Shown piece after piece: positions 20,097 to 30,533 of a DNA stretch of 58,730 bases. Positions within the stretch are counted from its first letter, which is position 1, and each line of letters begins with the position of its first letter. The position numbers and the translations under genes are program-made. Under the pieces are notes generated by a model. The model was given only the letters and a program-made list of their open reading frames with translations, did no database searches and was not told the origin of the DNA. The stretch is from a virus (taxonomy: Duplodnaviria > Caudoviricetes), in the IMG/VR virus record IMGVR_UViG_3300008110_000203, positions 1 to 58,730 of that record, one strand, 5' to 3'.

Positions 20097-22245
20097 GGTT
20101 ATTCCTTTCCATTTCGGCTTGCTCTTGCGCGAACAACAGATTCTGAATGTGGGTCTCGTCCTGCTGCCTCATCTTTTGTGCGTGCTGCAGTTCGGCGAAC
20201 CGCATTCGCTGCATCGCCGGGGCAGTAGCCCCCTGCGATTTGAAATTCGCATCCACCAGTCGGGCCGTGGTTTTGGCGCGGGTTTCGTCCGTATCTGCTG
20301 CAAGTTTCGCCAACTGAGCCGCCGTCATCTGCTGCTGCAACTGCATCGCTGCCGGGTCTGGCTGCTGTGACCACCCCTGCATGACAAACGCGGCAGGGTC
20401 TTTCAACTGCATCGCACTGAAATACCGTTGCGTCAGATTGTTCAGGGGCGTGGTGTCCCCTGTAGTCTGAGCGTACGACTGCAGCACCGGCAGCAGGAAC
20501 GGAAGGATCCTCTCGTGGTCTGCGATCTCTTTGTCGTTGTCGGGACGCCGCATTTCCGTGACCTCGACGGAAGCGTCAAACTGCCTGACGAGCTGCTCAA
20601 ACGGGATAGCACGGACCTGCTGCTCCCACACCTGAGAACCGTACGGGCCAAGCAGAGGAGTCAGGGACTCCCCGGTTACGTACTGAGCGCACAACCACAG
20701 CTCTTTGGTAGCGACGCGGCGAAGGAATTCGGCAACGTCTTCCGCCATTTTGTCTGGCCGGACCGCACTCTTTTGTTGTCGCAACTGCACATCAGCAACT
20801 ACGCGGGATTGCTTTGTTGCGATCCCGTAGCTGAGGTCGTCAAGCCCAGTGGCCTTCTGGAATTGCCTGTCAAGGTACTCGACCCACTGCAACAAGTCGC
20901 CCCCGACCGCGGGCCTCTGCAGGTACGTCATCACCTCAGAAATGGACTGCTGAGCTGCTGAGGTCAGTTTGATAACGCAGGGTGTGGCTTCGCTGTTAAG
21001 CGCCTCGTTGACCTGCTGCGCCATGTGCTCGTAAACGCCGATTATATCTCTTCGACGGTCGTAGCTCATCTGCAGGTGACTGACAAGCAGGATGTTCATC
21101 GCCAACAGGTAGGGCAGGCCCGGTGCCAAGGGCGCTATCGGCCACGGACTTCCGGCTAGCGGGTAAAACTCCAGGAACTCACAGGGCCACCGGCGGTCTT
21201 TCCAGCATTCGAAGACGCTCCCAAAGCGAGATGTCCTCCACCGCAGTGCTTCTCGGATCGCATCAGGAGGAGCTTGTTCGACCAGAGTCGGGGGGAGATT
21301 CAACGGGTGAGGCAGGTTTTTGGTAAACGCAATGTAACAGTATTCCCCAGCGACCTCATCCATCGCTTGACCCAAGGCCGCGTCTATCCCATGCACACGA
21401 GCGCCGATCCCGCCACAACTCCAGACCTCGTGCCATTCGACCATGTCTTGGTAGTACTGATGGGATTGCTGGACTTGGCTCTGTTGCCACGCCCACTCCG
21501 CGCTCACGCTGGTGCCTTTTCCGGCTAAATACCCCGGGGGGTAACCAAAACGCCTCTCGACCACCCACGCAGGTTCGACGTGCGTCCTCGAGATCCACTT
21601 TGCTGAGGCTCGCGTCGCGTCGCGACAGTCCGGGTCGATCAGTAGCTCATCCTGCCGACCGGCGAATGAGCCCACCATAGGGGATCCGTCAGCCCTGTGA
21701 GTGTAGGTTTCGGTCCACAAAAGGCCAAGGCCCGACACCAACGCATCTTGGACCACGAGCTGTGCTTCGGCTAAAGCCGTGCCCGTCGGGTGCGAGTCCA
21801 GCATGTAGTTAAGCACTTTCTCACACAGCTTGTCCCGCACAGCGGTAGTCGCCGACTGAGATTGCTCCATTGCCTGCATCTGCTGGAGAAAAGCTTCGTC
21901 CTGAACACCAAACACCTGCGAGAGTATCTCGGTCTGGGACGGCGGTGTTATCGAATGGACTTGCCTCCGAGGGTTACGCCATAGCATGCTCGGCCCAATC
22001 ACCGAGACAAGCTCAAACGATTTGTTTATGGAGATCGCAAACTGCGGCTTGGGGACTTGCGGGTAGAACTCCTTGCGAACATCGTCACCCCACTGAGCCC
22101 CCGGGTCCGACCCGTAGAACTTGCGGCACAGGCGCGCGCAGGTGTCAAAACGGCTCTTGGCCGCTTTTGCCGCCTGTAGCCGGGCAGACCACTGCGTCAC
22201 CAATGGCCCCAGCAGCGCACGCTGTACCTGTTCGTATGTGATCAT
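20086..22245 (-). CDS. portal protein
   Basis: 719 aa, largely helical, with a Gln-rich C-terminal tail; lies just downstream of the terminase. Confidence 0.75.
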   Translation of the reverse strand: MITYEQVQRALLGPLVTQWSARLQAAKAAKSRFDTCARLCRKFYGSDPGAQWGDDVRKEFYPQVPKPQFAISINKSFELVSVIGPSMLWRNPRRQVHSITPPSQTEILSQVFGVQDEAFLQQMQAMEQSQSATTAVRDKLCEKVLNYMLDSHPTGTALAEAQLVVQDALVSGLGLLWTETYTHRADGSPMVGSFAGRQDELLIDPDCRDATRASAKWISRTHVEPAWVVERRFGYPPGYLAGKGTSVSAEWAWQQSQVQQSHQYYQDMVEWHEVWSCGGIGARVHGIDAALGQAMDEVAGEYCYIAFTKNLPHPLNLPPTLVEQAPPDAIREALRWRTSRFGSVFECWKDRRWPCEFLEFYPLAGSPWPIAPLAPGLPYLLAMNILLVSHLQMSYDRRRDIIGVYEHMAQQVNEALNSEATPCVIKLTSAAQQSISEVMTYLQRPAVGGDLLQWVEYLDRQFQKATGLDDLSYGIATKQSRVVADVQLRQQKSAVRPDKMAEDVAEFLRRVATKELWLCAQYVTGESLTPLLGPYGSQVWEQQVRAIPFEQLVRQFDASVEVTEMRRPDNDKEIADHERILPFLLPVLQSYAQTTGDTTPLNNLTQRYFSAMQLKDPAAFVMQGWSQQPDPAAMQLQQQMTAAQLAKLAADTDETRAKTTARLVDANFKSQGATAPAMQRMRFAELQHAQKMRQQDETHIQNLLFAQEQAEMERNNRVQ

Positions 22246-22559
22246 GTGTCAATGATTTGTGGCCACAACGCCCGCGGCAGCCACACCCCTCTGTTAAGGA
22301 CATTAACGTTGGTCAACCGCTCGTCGCCGAAAATGCACACGCCAGTTTTTGACACCCAAGAACTGGTTCCCTGATCCCACACAGTCAGACTCACCTGTCC
22401 CTGATCACACAGCTCAACGACAGTCGCCACGCTGGGTCTCGCTGTCATATCTCCCCGGTGGAAATACCACACTGTGTCCCCCAGCGTGACCGGCACAGAC
22501 TGGTGCCCGCCGTTTGGGATCGGGACTGAAAACGACCGCGTCAAAATTTCTTGTCTCAT
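22242..22559 (-). CDS. hypothetical protein
   Basis: Likely start MRQEI at 22559, overlapping the terminase stop. Confidence 0.55.
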   Translation of the reverse strand: MRQEILTRSFSVPIPNGGHQSVPVTLGDTVWYFHRGDMTARPSVATVVELCDQGQVSLTVWDQGTSSWVSKTGVCIFGDERLTNVNVLNRGVWLPRALWPQIIDT

Positions 22560-24289
22560 ACTGCCCCCGGAGCGCCTAACATGATCATCTGTTTTGCAGG
22601 GGAGTTGTTCCCCGACAGGTTCTGCCAAAATATACCTTCCTGTTCGAACATCCGCAACCCTGGGTTGTTTCTGGATTCGGGGCTCACCACGCGAAAGGTT
22701 GGGTCGGAACCCGCCCAGTACTCCAGAGTGTCGAGCACGTCATGCACTTGCCCTTCGGCGATCTTGTCCTGCACCTCGTCCCGGCGAAGCATTTTCCGGA
22801 TGGATTTGAGCTGGTCTATCAGCTTAGGGCAAGAGCGGGCGTAGATCCGCAACTGCGGTCGAGGACAATCGACCCGACCCCGCATCCACGCACGTAGTTT
22901 GAGTGTTCGCACCGCCCAGACGTGCTCGCTCGGCATGAACTCAAAACCCGTGGCCACGTTGCGGACACCAACGGCCCGGAATTCCTGAGAGTATTGGTAG
23001 GCTACCCGATGTGCAAAACCCATCGGTGTTTGGGCGCCGGCTTTTTTGTCGATGATGAACCGGGCGTAGGTGCGGGTGGGTTCTATCGCTCTGATCCGCA
23101 GCGCCATGTCACGAGCGTCGATACGGGGAATGTTCATCTCCCGGTAGACGATGTAGTAGGGCATTCCGCAGTCCCAGTAATCGGGCGTCGGGATCGCACA
23201 CCACAACACGGCGGGGCTGGTTGTTCCGGGGTCCAGTATCAAATCGACCGGCCAATCGTCAGGAACCGTCCCGTTCAGGCGTCGCATGACGTCAGTGACC
23301 CTGTCGTTCATGTCGTCGTTATCTCCGTAATCAACGACGTGGAGGTCCTCGCTGAATTCCGGGTACGCCAATATTCCTTCCGTGGGGAACTCCCCAAAAT
23401 CTCGAGCCAGTCTTTCGGCTTCGCTCCAACCTTCAGACCGTTTTCGGATTTCGTCCTTATCGACAAACGGGGAGTTTGACCCGACAAAAGTAAACCTGAC
23501 GACGTCCGCGGTTTTTCTCTCCCCTCTGGCGACCTCGCGGGCTTGGGTTTTGGCACGATCGCATAGTCTCAACAACGCCGGGGTCTTCAAGTCTGGCCAC
23601 GACGTCCAATACAGCCTGCCTTTGCGGTCGCTGAGACGGCTCTGCCATTCCGAGTAGTACTCGGAAAACTGGATTTCTTCGTCGATCCACAGGATGTTCA
23701 CCGGGTCGCCGCGCTTGACCTTTGCGGTCGAAGCAAATGCGTATATCATGGAGCCATTACGTAGGGTCATACTGGTGAGCTTGTGCTCGGCCTTGTTCTC
23801 CCAGGTTTCGTTTATGACCTCTTCGTCGGGGATCAGGGGAGGTGCTGGCACTCTGCCGTCCGGACCGATCTTGTCGTCCCCGGGCACAACACCGGGTTGC
23901 CACGCGCGTAGTTTCCCTGTCACAGGGTCTTGCACGCAGTCGTACGCCCCAGGCTGCCGCAGCAGGCGGTAAAGCGTTTGGCCGATGTGGCTGAGCTGCA
24001 GCCCCACAAGCCACACAACAACGGGCCGATTAGCCCACGCCTTCTCGCGGATATTGTGCTTAGACCCGTCGGAAAACGTGATGGGTCTGTTTCGGGCGTA
24101 CGCAGCTATGAGCGCGGCGACGATGGTGCTCTTGCCAGACCGCGTGCCCCCCTGCACCAGATGTTCTGTGGCTTTGGCTAGAATCACTGGCTCTTGGTAC
24201 GATGTTGGCCGGAAGATTTCAAGGCCGTCGTTCCCCCGCTGGAGGAGTCTGGCGGCGGCCATCAGAGCCTGTGTGAGCTGATCTGTCAT
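22556..24289 (-). CDS. terL: terminase large subunit
   Basis: Walker A GGTRSGKS, Walker B ILWIDEE, and an RNase H-like nuclease domain (LILDPG ... HDVLDTLEY). Confidence 0.9.
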   Translation of the reverse strand: MTDQLTQALMAAARLLQRGNDGLEIFRPTSYQEPVILAKATEHLVQGGTRSGKSTIVAALIAAYARNRPITFSDGSKHNIREKAWANRPVVVWLVGLQLSHIGQTLYRLLRQPGAYDCVQDPVTGKLRAWQPGVVPGDDKIGPDGRVPAPPLIPDEEVINETWENKAEHKLTSMTLRNGSMIYAFASTAKVKRGDPVNILWIDEEIQFSEYYSEWQSRLSDRKGRLYWTSWPDLKTPALLRLCDRAKTQAREVARGERKTADVVRFTFVGSNSPFVDKDEIRKRSEGWSEAERLARDFGEFPTEGILAYPEFSEDLHVVDYGDNDDMNDRVTDVMRRLNGTVPDDWPVDLILDPGTTSPAVLWCAIPTPDYWDCGMPYYIVYREMNIPRIDARDMALRIRAIEPTRTYARFIIDKKAGAQTPMGFAHRVAYQYSQEFRAVGVRNVATGFEFMPSEHVWAVRTLKLRAWMRGRVDCPRPQLRIYARSCPKLIDQLKSIRKMLRRDEVQDKIAEGQVHDVLDTLEYWAGSDPTFRVVSPESRNNPGLRMFEQEGIFWQNLSGNNSPAKQMIMLGAPGAV

Positions 24290-26808
24290 ATCCCACCATG
24301 TTGGCTGAACCGGGACAGCAGATTGCGAACCAACGCCATGCCAGCCGGTGTGATTAGGTCAGGAGCCTGCTTCGGGTCCAGTGGCGAGGCGGTTTCGGTG
24401 ACACCCAGAAGATCTGCGTAGTCGTACCCGCCTCTGGCCGGGAGATTTCGGTAGCCCATTTGCGGGTCGTACACTTTCGGGATTTCTTGGTTGAAGTACT
24501 GAAACGCCGCAGACATCGCAGGGCTGCTGGTGGATGTTGTTGCGGCGAAGTTCTCGAACCCTCCGGCAAAGGCTTCCTCTCGGTCTCGAGTCCACGGATT
24601 GCCCGGCATAAACCGGCGGCGCAGGTAGTGGGACATCTCGTGCGGTGCTGTTGACGGATCCGGACCAAAAGCCATCAACGTTGTCCCGTCCGGACTGAAT
24701 TGAATAGCTCCTCGAGGTGTTTGGTCGGCTAGCGGCGATTGCGTGTAGAGGTTCGGGTCGGGTCCCTCTGGGTTCAATCCGGCCAACAACCTCGCTATTT
24801 TTTCGTTTGGTGTGTTGGCGGGCGCCATACCTATTCTGTTAAGCAACGACGGGTCGTGGACTGCGGCCTCAATAAGCCCCGGAAACCCATCGCCTTGGGC
24901 TGGGAGCATCTCCACTCTTAGCCTATAGTTTACTTTATTTGCGTCACTGAGCCTTCTGGCCTCAGCAAACGCAGCCGATCGTTCGCTCCCGACGGGGAGA
25001 GAGTTTGCGTGTTCGTACAGGTCTCCAATACGTTTTTGTGTGTCTGTAAATAGATAGTCCGGAGCGTGTTGCCCCGCCCACGACGTGTGGCCTACCGGAG
25101 GTTGTATAGAAAACAAGTGTATTTGGGGGTCGCCCCCTCCGTACTCGTTGGCGTACACCTTGGCGCCTGAAATAGCTCTTAACAATTCTTCGTCGTTTCT
25201 GGCTGCGTACCCGTACAGCCCATTTCCCAGAGGGCGTAGTCCTCCGGGCTCCCCGGATCCAAGAAAGCTTTTGTCAAAATCTCGCCAGTTACTACCCCCA
25301 TGAACAAACACCCAATTTTTATCATCCATCAGAGTGTTCTGTGGATTTAATGGAGACTGGTACAGCATCCGCGGGTCGGCATCTTCCGGACCCACCCCAG
25401 CCGCCGCCAAACGGTCTCGAACGCCTTCAGAAGACATCATCTCCGTGCGCGGGTTTTTCGCCAAAACAAAGTCGCCGAATTGCAGCACCTCGTCGGCGTC
25501 AACAACACGCGACCGGTGGTCGTCCGACAGGTAGAAGTAGGAGTGCCGCTCGGGGTTGTACCCAACCTGCCGCCATTGCGGATCCCGCATCTTCGCTTGA
25601 ATCTCGCTAAGCACTTGATCCGGGGACGTGAGAGCCCCCACCCGACCCGCAACCACGGCCCACGAGTTTTTACTGGCTTCTCCCGCCGCAACTGCTGCCG
25701 GGCCCCGAGGCCCGGCAGAAAACTGGTACTCTTCCAAAGGCGATTTTACGTTTGTTTTGTTTCCTCCGGCCAGCCCAAAACTTACTTTGCCTGTTTCGTC
25801 CGGCAGGAGCTGAACAGCTCGGGCGTAGTTGAGCCCGTCTTTCCCGTGCAACGTGACGACAGGGTTATTCCGCGCGTACTCATTGATGTCCAGACGGGCC
25901 CCTACCGGCATACCAACAACCGGGGAAAGGTCATCCAAACCCTTTGCCGCAATCCGCTCCGGGCTGTTGGAAAAACCCGGAGGCATGCGGTCGCGCAAGG
26001 TTGTCAGGTGGTCTTCTGACCGAGGAACTGGCGCCCTCCCCGACTCACCCATCAAGCGGTTGTACTGGTCTTGGTCGATTCTGCCGGCAAACAGGTCGTT
26101 CGCCTCGTCCTGCATCAATCGTGGTCGAGGTATTGCCGGCTGTTGCAGGGGCGATTCCATCAACTGATCAGCAACCGCGGAAGTCGCTGCGATCCCGGCA
26201 ACAGCGCCCTCCAGCCGCTTAGCGGTTACGCCGCCGTAGACCAAGTTTGGGTCTTTCTTCTGCGCAATCGTGGCGGCATCGAGCAGTGTCATTGTGTGCT
26301 CGCCAGACTCGCCGTACGCCTCTACCATCTCTCGACCAAGGCGTTGCCGTTCCGGGTTTCGTTGCAAGGCCTCCAAAGCTGCGTTGTGGGTTGTGGCCTT
26401 TTTCCCCGCACGAAATAGCTTGCCGAGTTTTAGCGCAGAAACCACGTTCAGCGGGTCCGTCAGGATCTCCACCCCAAACCCAGCCAGGTCGCGAAGGCCT
26501 TCCATCGGATCGTCGAGCCAGCCAGCCATGCCGGTCTCTTTGTTCGGGGCTGTAACACCCCAGTGATCCAGAACATCTCTCCCCGTCACTCGGTTGTCGG
26601 CGCTGAACGGAGACGCAAATTGGTCGAGTGGGTTTCTCCCGACGAGCAGGTCTCTGACGGAGCTGCCGGGCAGGTCGAAGGCGTTCCCCACGGCGTCCAG
26701 CACCGGGCTGTAATACTCGCTGCCGGGGGCTCCGGCCACAGCACCTGCAGTAAGTCCGTACGTCGCGTACGGTGCGTACCTACCAGCTCGTTGGAGAAAC
26801 GTTCGCAT
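24286..26808 (-). CDS. multidomain polyvalent-type virion protein with an ART-like domain and an HExxH metallopeptidase-like domain
   Basis: HGGSNWRDFDKSFLGSGE...LGNGLY...AKVYA segment; STAPHEMSH...EEAFA segment; N-terminal domain shared with the 1838-aa protein. Confidence 0.6.
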   Translation of the reverse strand: MRTFLQRAGRYAPYATYGLTAGAVAGAPGSEYYSPVLDAVGNAFDLPGSSVRDLLVGRNPLDQFASPFSADNRVTGRDVLDHWGVTAPNKETGMAGWLDDPMEGLRDLAGFGVEILTDPLNVVSALKLGKLFRAGKKATTHNAALEALQRNPERQRLGREMVEAYGESGEHTMTLLDAATIAQKKDPNLVYGGVTAKRLEGAVAGIAATSAVADQLMESPLQQPAIPRPRLMQDEANDLFAGRIDQDQYNRLMGESGRAPVPRSEDHLTTLRDRMPPGFSNSPERIAAKGLDDLSPVVGMPVGARLDINEYARNNPVVTLHGKDGLNYARAVQLLPDETGKVSFGLAGGNKTNVKSPLEEYQFSAGPRGPAAVAAGEASKNSWAVVAGRVGALTSPDQVLSEIQAKMRDPQWRQVGYNPERHSYFYLSDDHRSRVVDADEVLQFGDFVLAKNPRTEMMSSEGVRDRLAAAGVGPEDADPRMLYQSPLNPQNTLMDDKNWVFVHGGSNWRDFDKSFLGSGEPGGLRPLGNGLYGYAARNDEELLRAISGAKVYANEYGGGDPQIHLFSIQPPVGHTSWAGQHAPDYLFTDTQKRIGDLYEHANSLPVGSERSAAFAEARRLSDANKVNYRLRVEMLPAQGDGFPGLIEAAVHDPSLLNRIGMAPANTPNEKIARLLAGLNPEGPDPNLYTQSPLADQTPRGAIQFSPDGTTLMAFGPDPSTAPHEMSHYLRRRFMPGNPWTRDREEAFAGGFENFAATTSTSSPAMSAAFQYFNQEIPKVYDPQMGYRNLPARGGYDYADLLGVTETASPLDPKQAPDLITPAGMALVRNLLSRFSQHGGI

Positions 26809-27445
26809 CAATCACCACCACCTTCGGCGGGGACAAAACCTGCATCGCGGATGAAACCACCAATTGAGGGTCTATCTGGGATATTCTGCTCAAAATGTCA
26901 ACCCGAAACAAGGGGTCGTGCTCGAGGCGGGCGAAAGCGGCCTGGGAGGCCACCGCCATGAGCTGCCCCTCGTCCATATCTCCGAGAGGGTCCGAGTCTC
27001 CCACCAGCTTATCGCGGGAATTTATGAGTGTGCTCAGCAGCTCGTACAGCCCTTTGACGAGCTTGAGGTCAACGGACTGGAACATTGCCTGCTCTGGCGT
27101 CAGGCCCTCCCCTCGTGCCGTCTTGAAGTCCTCGACGAGGCGGTCGGCGAGCTTTTCCGGACCCCCGAGGTTTTCTATCACGCGGTCGGCGAGGTCGAGG
27201 CCGTACGGGCGGCCTTTTTTCCGCACCGCTGCCAGGGCTTTTCGCCACTCAGAGGGATGCTCTCCGCTTAGCAAAGACGCGGCGGTGCGCTCCGCCAACT
27301 CAGTGCATGACATGCAAGATGCTCCATCAGCCCGTGGAGTGTATGGCATACCACAAATGGGGCAGATCACTCGCCCCGGGAATTGCTCACTAAACACAAT
27401 CGGCGGGCTGTGGCCCGCCGATTGCGTTGCGTCTCCGCCTGACAC
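26780..27445 (-). CDS. Zn-finger plus helical protein, terminase small subunit candidate
   Basis: CPICG...CMSC followed by a helical domain; upstream of terL. Confidence 0.45.
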   Translation of the reverse strand: MSGGDATQSAGHSPPIVFSEQFPGRVICPICGMPYTPRADGASCMSCTELAERTAASLLSGEHPSEWRKALAAVRKKGRPYGLDLADRVIENLGGPEKLADRLVEDFKTARGEGLTPEQAMFQSVDLKLVKGLYELLSTLINSRDKLVGDSDPLGDMDEGQLMAVASQAAFARLEHDPLFRVDILSRISQIDPQLVVSSAMQVLSPPKVVVIDANVSPTSW

Positions 27446-27449
27446 GGAG

Positions 27450-27560
27450 TCACCGAGTGCTGACCGGAGTCAGCGGGTTCTGGATAGGGTTGCCTGGCTG
27501 GACGTTTGTCACGCTGGAACTGCCGTGAATCCCGGTCGGCGGAACTGGTTTGTCAACCAC
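27450..27560 (-). CDS. 36-aa micro-protein (not in the ORF track)
   Basis: AGGAG SD then GTG: MVDKPVPPTGIHGSSSVTNVQPGNPIQNPLTPVSTR; fills the intergenic gap. Confidence 0.5.
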   Translation of the reverse strand: MVDKPVPPTGIHGSSSVTNVQPGNPIQNPLTPVSTR

Positions 27561-27607
27561 AACTAAACTCCTGTAAGAGGGAACCTTGCGACATCAGCCG
27601 GCACAAA

Positions 27608-28138
27608 TCAGCAGTCGAGTGGGCTGAACGGGGTGCGGACGTACGCCCGACCGCGTGCTGCCGCCGCGGTAGTACTCGAGGAATACCCGCAATGACCCAC
27701 GGGGTTGGTTCCCTCGGTACCTGCCACAAACGTGCCGTTGGCGGAAGTTTGCAGGACGGCCCCGGGGGTCAGACCCCCTGTGCCGGCCAACACCCGAGTA
27801 GGTCCTTCGACAATCATCCAGAAAATACTGCCGACCGGGACGGGGGCTGACAACCACGGATCGACAACTCCGTGCAGGGCCTGATTTGCCCCGCACAGAC
27901 CCCCCACAAGCGTGACGGTGGTGTCCGCGGCTTTCATCCGCACACCAACGCCCGGGGCCAATGTCGCTCCGCTGTCGTTCTTCACCAAGACTGCACAGAC
28001 TTTCTGCTGAGACTGCAGTACCGGAAATTCCGGGTTTGTGTAGTCGAGGTCTTGAAACTCGGCTCCCTGACCCAGAGCCTGCGGGTCATCATAGATATCA
28101 ACCGCACCCAACTTCGCCAGAATCGTGTGGCCTGCCAT
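27608..28138 (-). CDS. capsid decoration/cement protein
   Basis: 176-aa Gly-rich beta protein directly after the capsid gene (VKNDSGATL; FWMIVEGP). Confidence 0.6.
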   Translation of the reverse strand: MAGHTILAKLGAVDIYDDPQALGQGAEFQDLDYTNPEFPVLQSQQKVCAVLVKNDSGATLAPGVGVRMKAADTTVTLVGGLCGANQALHGVVDPWLSAPVPVGSIFWMIVEGPTRVLAGTGGLTPGAVLQTSANGTFVAGTEGTNPVGHCGYSSSTTAAAARGRAYVRTPFSPLDC

Positions 28139-28200
28139 ACATCACCTTCAGAAAAAGTAAACCGATTGTTTTGGGAACGTAAAATCAGGCGATCCGACGA

Positions 28201-29346
28201 TCAGGTCTTGCTCACAAACCGGCACAGGTACTTCGGCAAGAACTTGAAATTGCCGTAGCTCGAGGCGTAGTACAGGTACCCAGTGTGGCTTGTGCTCCAC
28301 TCGGGGCCGTGTGGTCCGTAAATATCGTTGTGCAGGAAGAAGCCCTCCAAGAACTGCGGGAGGTACATGTAGGCGTTGTTCTGCGGAATGGCGTAGTCCA
28401 TTGAGTAGACGGCACCGTCAACCATCAGCGTTTCGCCCGGATAGCCCAGGTCGCCGTCCTTCCACGGCATGATCTGCCGGTTGTTGGCGCGGAAGCTGTC
28501 CTTGAACTGGGGGAACAGATTGCTGCTCATAGCGACCTGCGGAGGAGCGCCAATCATCGACTGGCCGCCACGGTGCAGCATGGCTGTCATCGCGTAGGAG
28601 GCAGCAGACACAATGTTTTTCGCAAAACCTGTACCGCCATTGCCCCAGATGTTGGGGCCATAATTGATGATCAGCGGCGAAGTACCATCATACTCAGGGC
28701 TACCCTGACCAAACGGGAAGTCGTTCCCGAGAGAGGCATTCGGCGGGGTGTCGCCGGCGGTCACCGACCACGTTCCGCCCAGAGACCCGAGGGCTGTATT
28801 CTGACCGCAGTAGGACCCTGTCGGACGAGCGACCTTATCGGCGTTGGTGAGCGTATTGTTGTCGTACGCGGTAGCCGTACCAATACCAGCGAAATCGTAG
28901 GCAAACGCTGAATCGTTGCCGTTACACCAAAACGCTCGCTGAATTCTCTCGCTCATTGCCTGAGCGAGTTCCTCCGATTTGCGGGTGTAGCGGTCGGTGA
29001 TTGCGATGTCGCCAGCGCCATCTCGCATCAAGTACTCCTGCTCGCCCATGAAATCGGACGTGCGGTAGCCCTTGATCCCAATAAAATACTGGATGTCGGT
29101 GTCGGTGTTGACAAACTGCAACGGCTGGTTTTCGACCGCAGGGAATACGGACGGCTGCTTGACGCGAGCGTTCCAGACCTGAGTATGCCCGCGTGCTTTG
29201 AACGAGAGCCGACCGAATCGCCGCAGGTTGTACATCGTCAAGAAGTTTCGGACCGTGAGATCCGACACTGCTTTCCAGTACTTGGGGGCCAAGTCGCGTA
29301 CTACGTTGACATGCCCCGCTACGTTTTGCGGTACAATAGCAACCAT
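28201..29346 (-). CDS. major capsid protein
   Basis: 381 aa; strongly biased codon usage; follows the scaffold-like gene; size and position fit an HK97-fold capsid. Confidence 0.75.
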   Translation of the reverse strand: MVAIVPQNVAGHVNVVRDLAPKYWKAVSDLTVRNFLTMYNLRRFGRLSFKARGHTQVWNARVKQPSVFPAVENQPLQFVNTDTDIQYFIGIKGYRTSDFMGEQEYLMRDGAGDIAITDRYTRKSEELAQAMSERIQRAFWCNGNDSAFAYDFAGIGTATAYDNNTLTNADKVARPTGSYCGQNTALGSLGGTWSVTAGDTPPNASLGNDFPFGQGSPEYDGTSPLIINYGPNIWGNGGTGFAKNIVSAASYAMTAMLHRGGQSMIGAPPQVAMSSNLFPQFKDSFRANNRQIMPWKDGDLGYPGETLMVDGAVYSMDYAIPQNNAYMYLPQFLEGFFLHNDIYGPHGPEWSTSHTGYLYYASSYGNFKFLPKYLCRFVSKT

Positions 29347-29358
29347 TTTCGAATCCTA

Positions 29359-30390
29359 TTAAGAGGGTACCTGTTGAGAAGCGGCGGCCATCAACGTGAA
29401 ATCCGGAAATCCGGCGTTGTTTACTGGAACCGAACCCGCCGGAGGGCCGTTGTTGACGATGCTTCCGGGAGCAGAAAACGCAGGGTTTGCCGACTGTGTG
29501 GTCACAGTCTGCAACCAAGGCTTTTGCGCAGCCGCCGGTGGCTGTTGCGCCGGCGGGGGTGTTTGAGTGTTCAGCAGCGGCTTAGCCGCCAAGTGGGCGA
29601 TATTGTGTGCAGCAGTGCGGTCTCGAACGCCGGCGGCGGTTGCTGCCTCCCAAGCAGCGTGATAGGCCTGTCCGGCAGCCGTCAAAGCTCCGTCTGGCCC
29701 CACCAAAGCGGGTCGGTTCGTCTGCACAAAAGTCGTCGCTGGGTCTGGTACGGCCTGTCGCGCGACGGCGGCGAGCTGTTCCCGAAGCGTTGCAATCTCT
29801 TGCTGTAACGGGGCTGTGACTTCAGCGACAAACCCTTGACCGTAGTTACGGATAAACCGCTCCGGGTCTGCGAGTTCTGCCTGGATCGCCCGCTGACGCG
29901 CGAGGTTGTCATTCAGGGCTGATGCGACCTGGGTAGCGAGCGGGTTTGAGGCAACATACGCACCGTCGCGGAACGCCAGCATGCCCGCTTGCTGGAACGA
30001 AAGAGCCGCAGCAGACAGATCCGCGGGTGAGGGGGCTGGCGTCTCTGCCGGGGCTGTCTGCTGCGGAGGCGCTGGTTCTGGCGTCTGAGAGGCTTCCGCC
30101 AAATACTGGAGTACCTGCAGGTCGTCCGTGAACCCATGCCCTTGGGGAAGAGTCCCGTTGGCCTCCAGCCGGCGGATCATCGCGATGTTGCTCGACGCTG
30201 CTGCAGGGGCACTTGGCGCTGCCGGCGCAGGGGTCGGGGCTGTCGGTGCTGTCGGTGCGGGGGTTGGCGCTGGCTGCGGTGGAGGGAAAGCTGCCCCCGA
30301 CGCAGGCTGGGGCTGCTGCGTCGGGGGGTTCACTCCCCCCACGGGAGCGGTCGCGGATAAATCGGCAAAATTTGGGAAAGGCATAGACAT
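29359..30390 (-). CDS. capsid scaffolding protein (putative)
   Basis: Pro/Ala/Gln-rich termini around a coiled-coil core, directly upstream of the capsid gene. Confidence 0.6.
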   Translation of the reverse strand: MSMPFPNFADLSATAPVGGVNPPTQQPQPASGAAFPPPQPAPTPAPTAPTAPTPAPAAPSAPAAASSNIAMIRRLEANGTLPQGHGFTDDLQVLQYLAEASQTPEPAPPQQTAPAETPAPSPADLSAAALSFQQAGMLAFRDGAYVASNPLATQVASALNDNLARQRAIQAELADPERFIRNYGQGFVAEVTAPLQQEIATLREQLAAVARQAVPDPATTFVQTNRPALVGPDGALTAAGQAYHAAWEAATAAGVRDRTAAHNIAHLAAKPLLNTQTPPPAQQPPAAAQKPWLQTVTTQSANPAFSAPGSIVNNGPPAGSVPVNNAGFPDFTLMAAASQQVPS

Positions 30391-30533
30391 AGTTTAAGGC
30401 TCCAGTGCAAAGTGGGGGGAGAAACGATTCTTCCGAATCGTGCCCACTATCAGACTGGACGGCAACGCTGCCTCTGAACTATTCTACCGACATTCCCGTT
30501 TTGCCCGTTTCCCTACACGATAACCTGACCCCC

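Noticed and set aside
92-30397. Many long plus-strand ORFs (for example 4367..5545 and 16678..17958)
   Set aside because: They are antisense shadows of the tightly packed minus-strand genes in high-GC DNA, with no recognisable motifs
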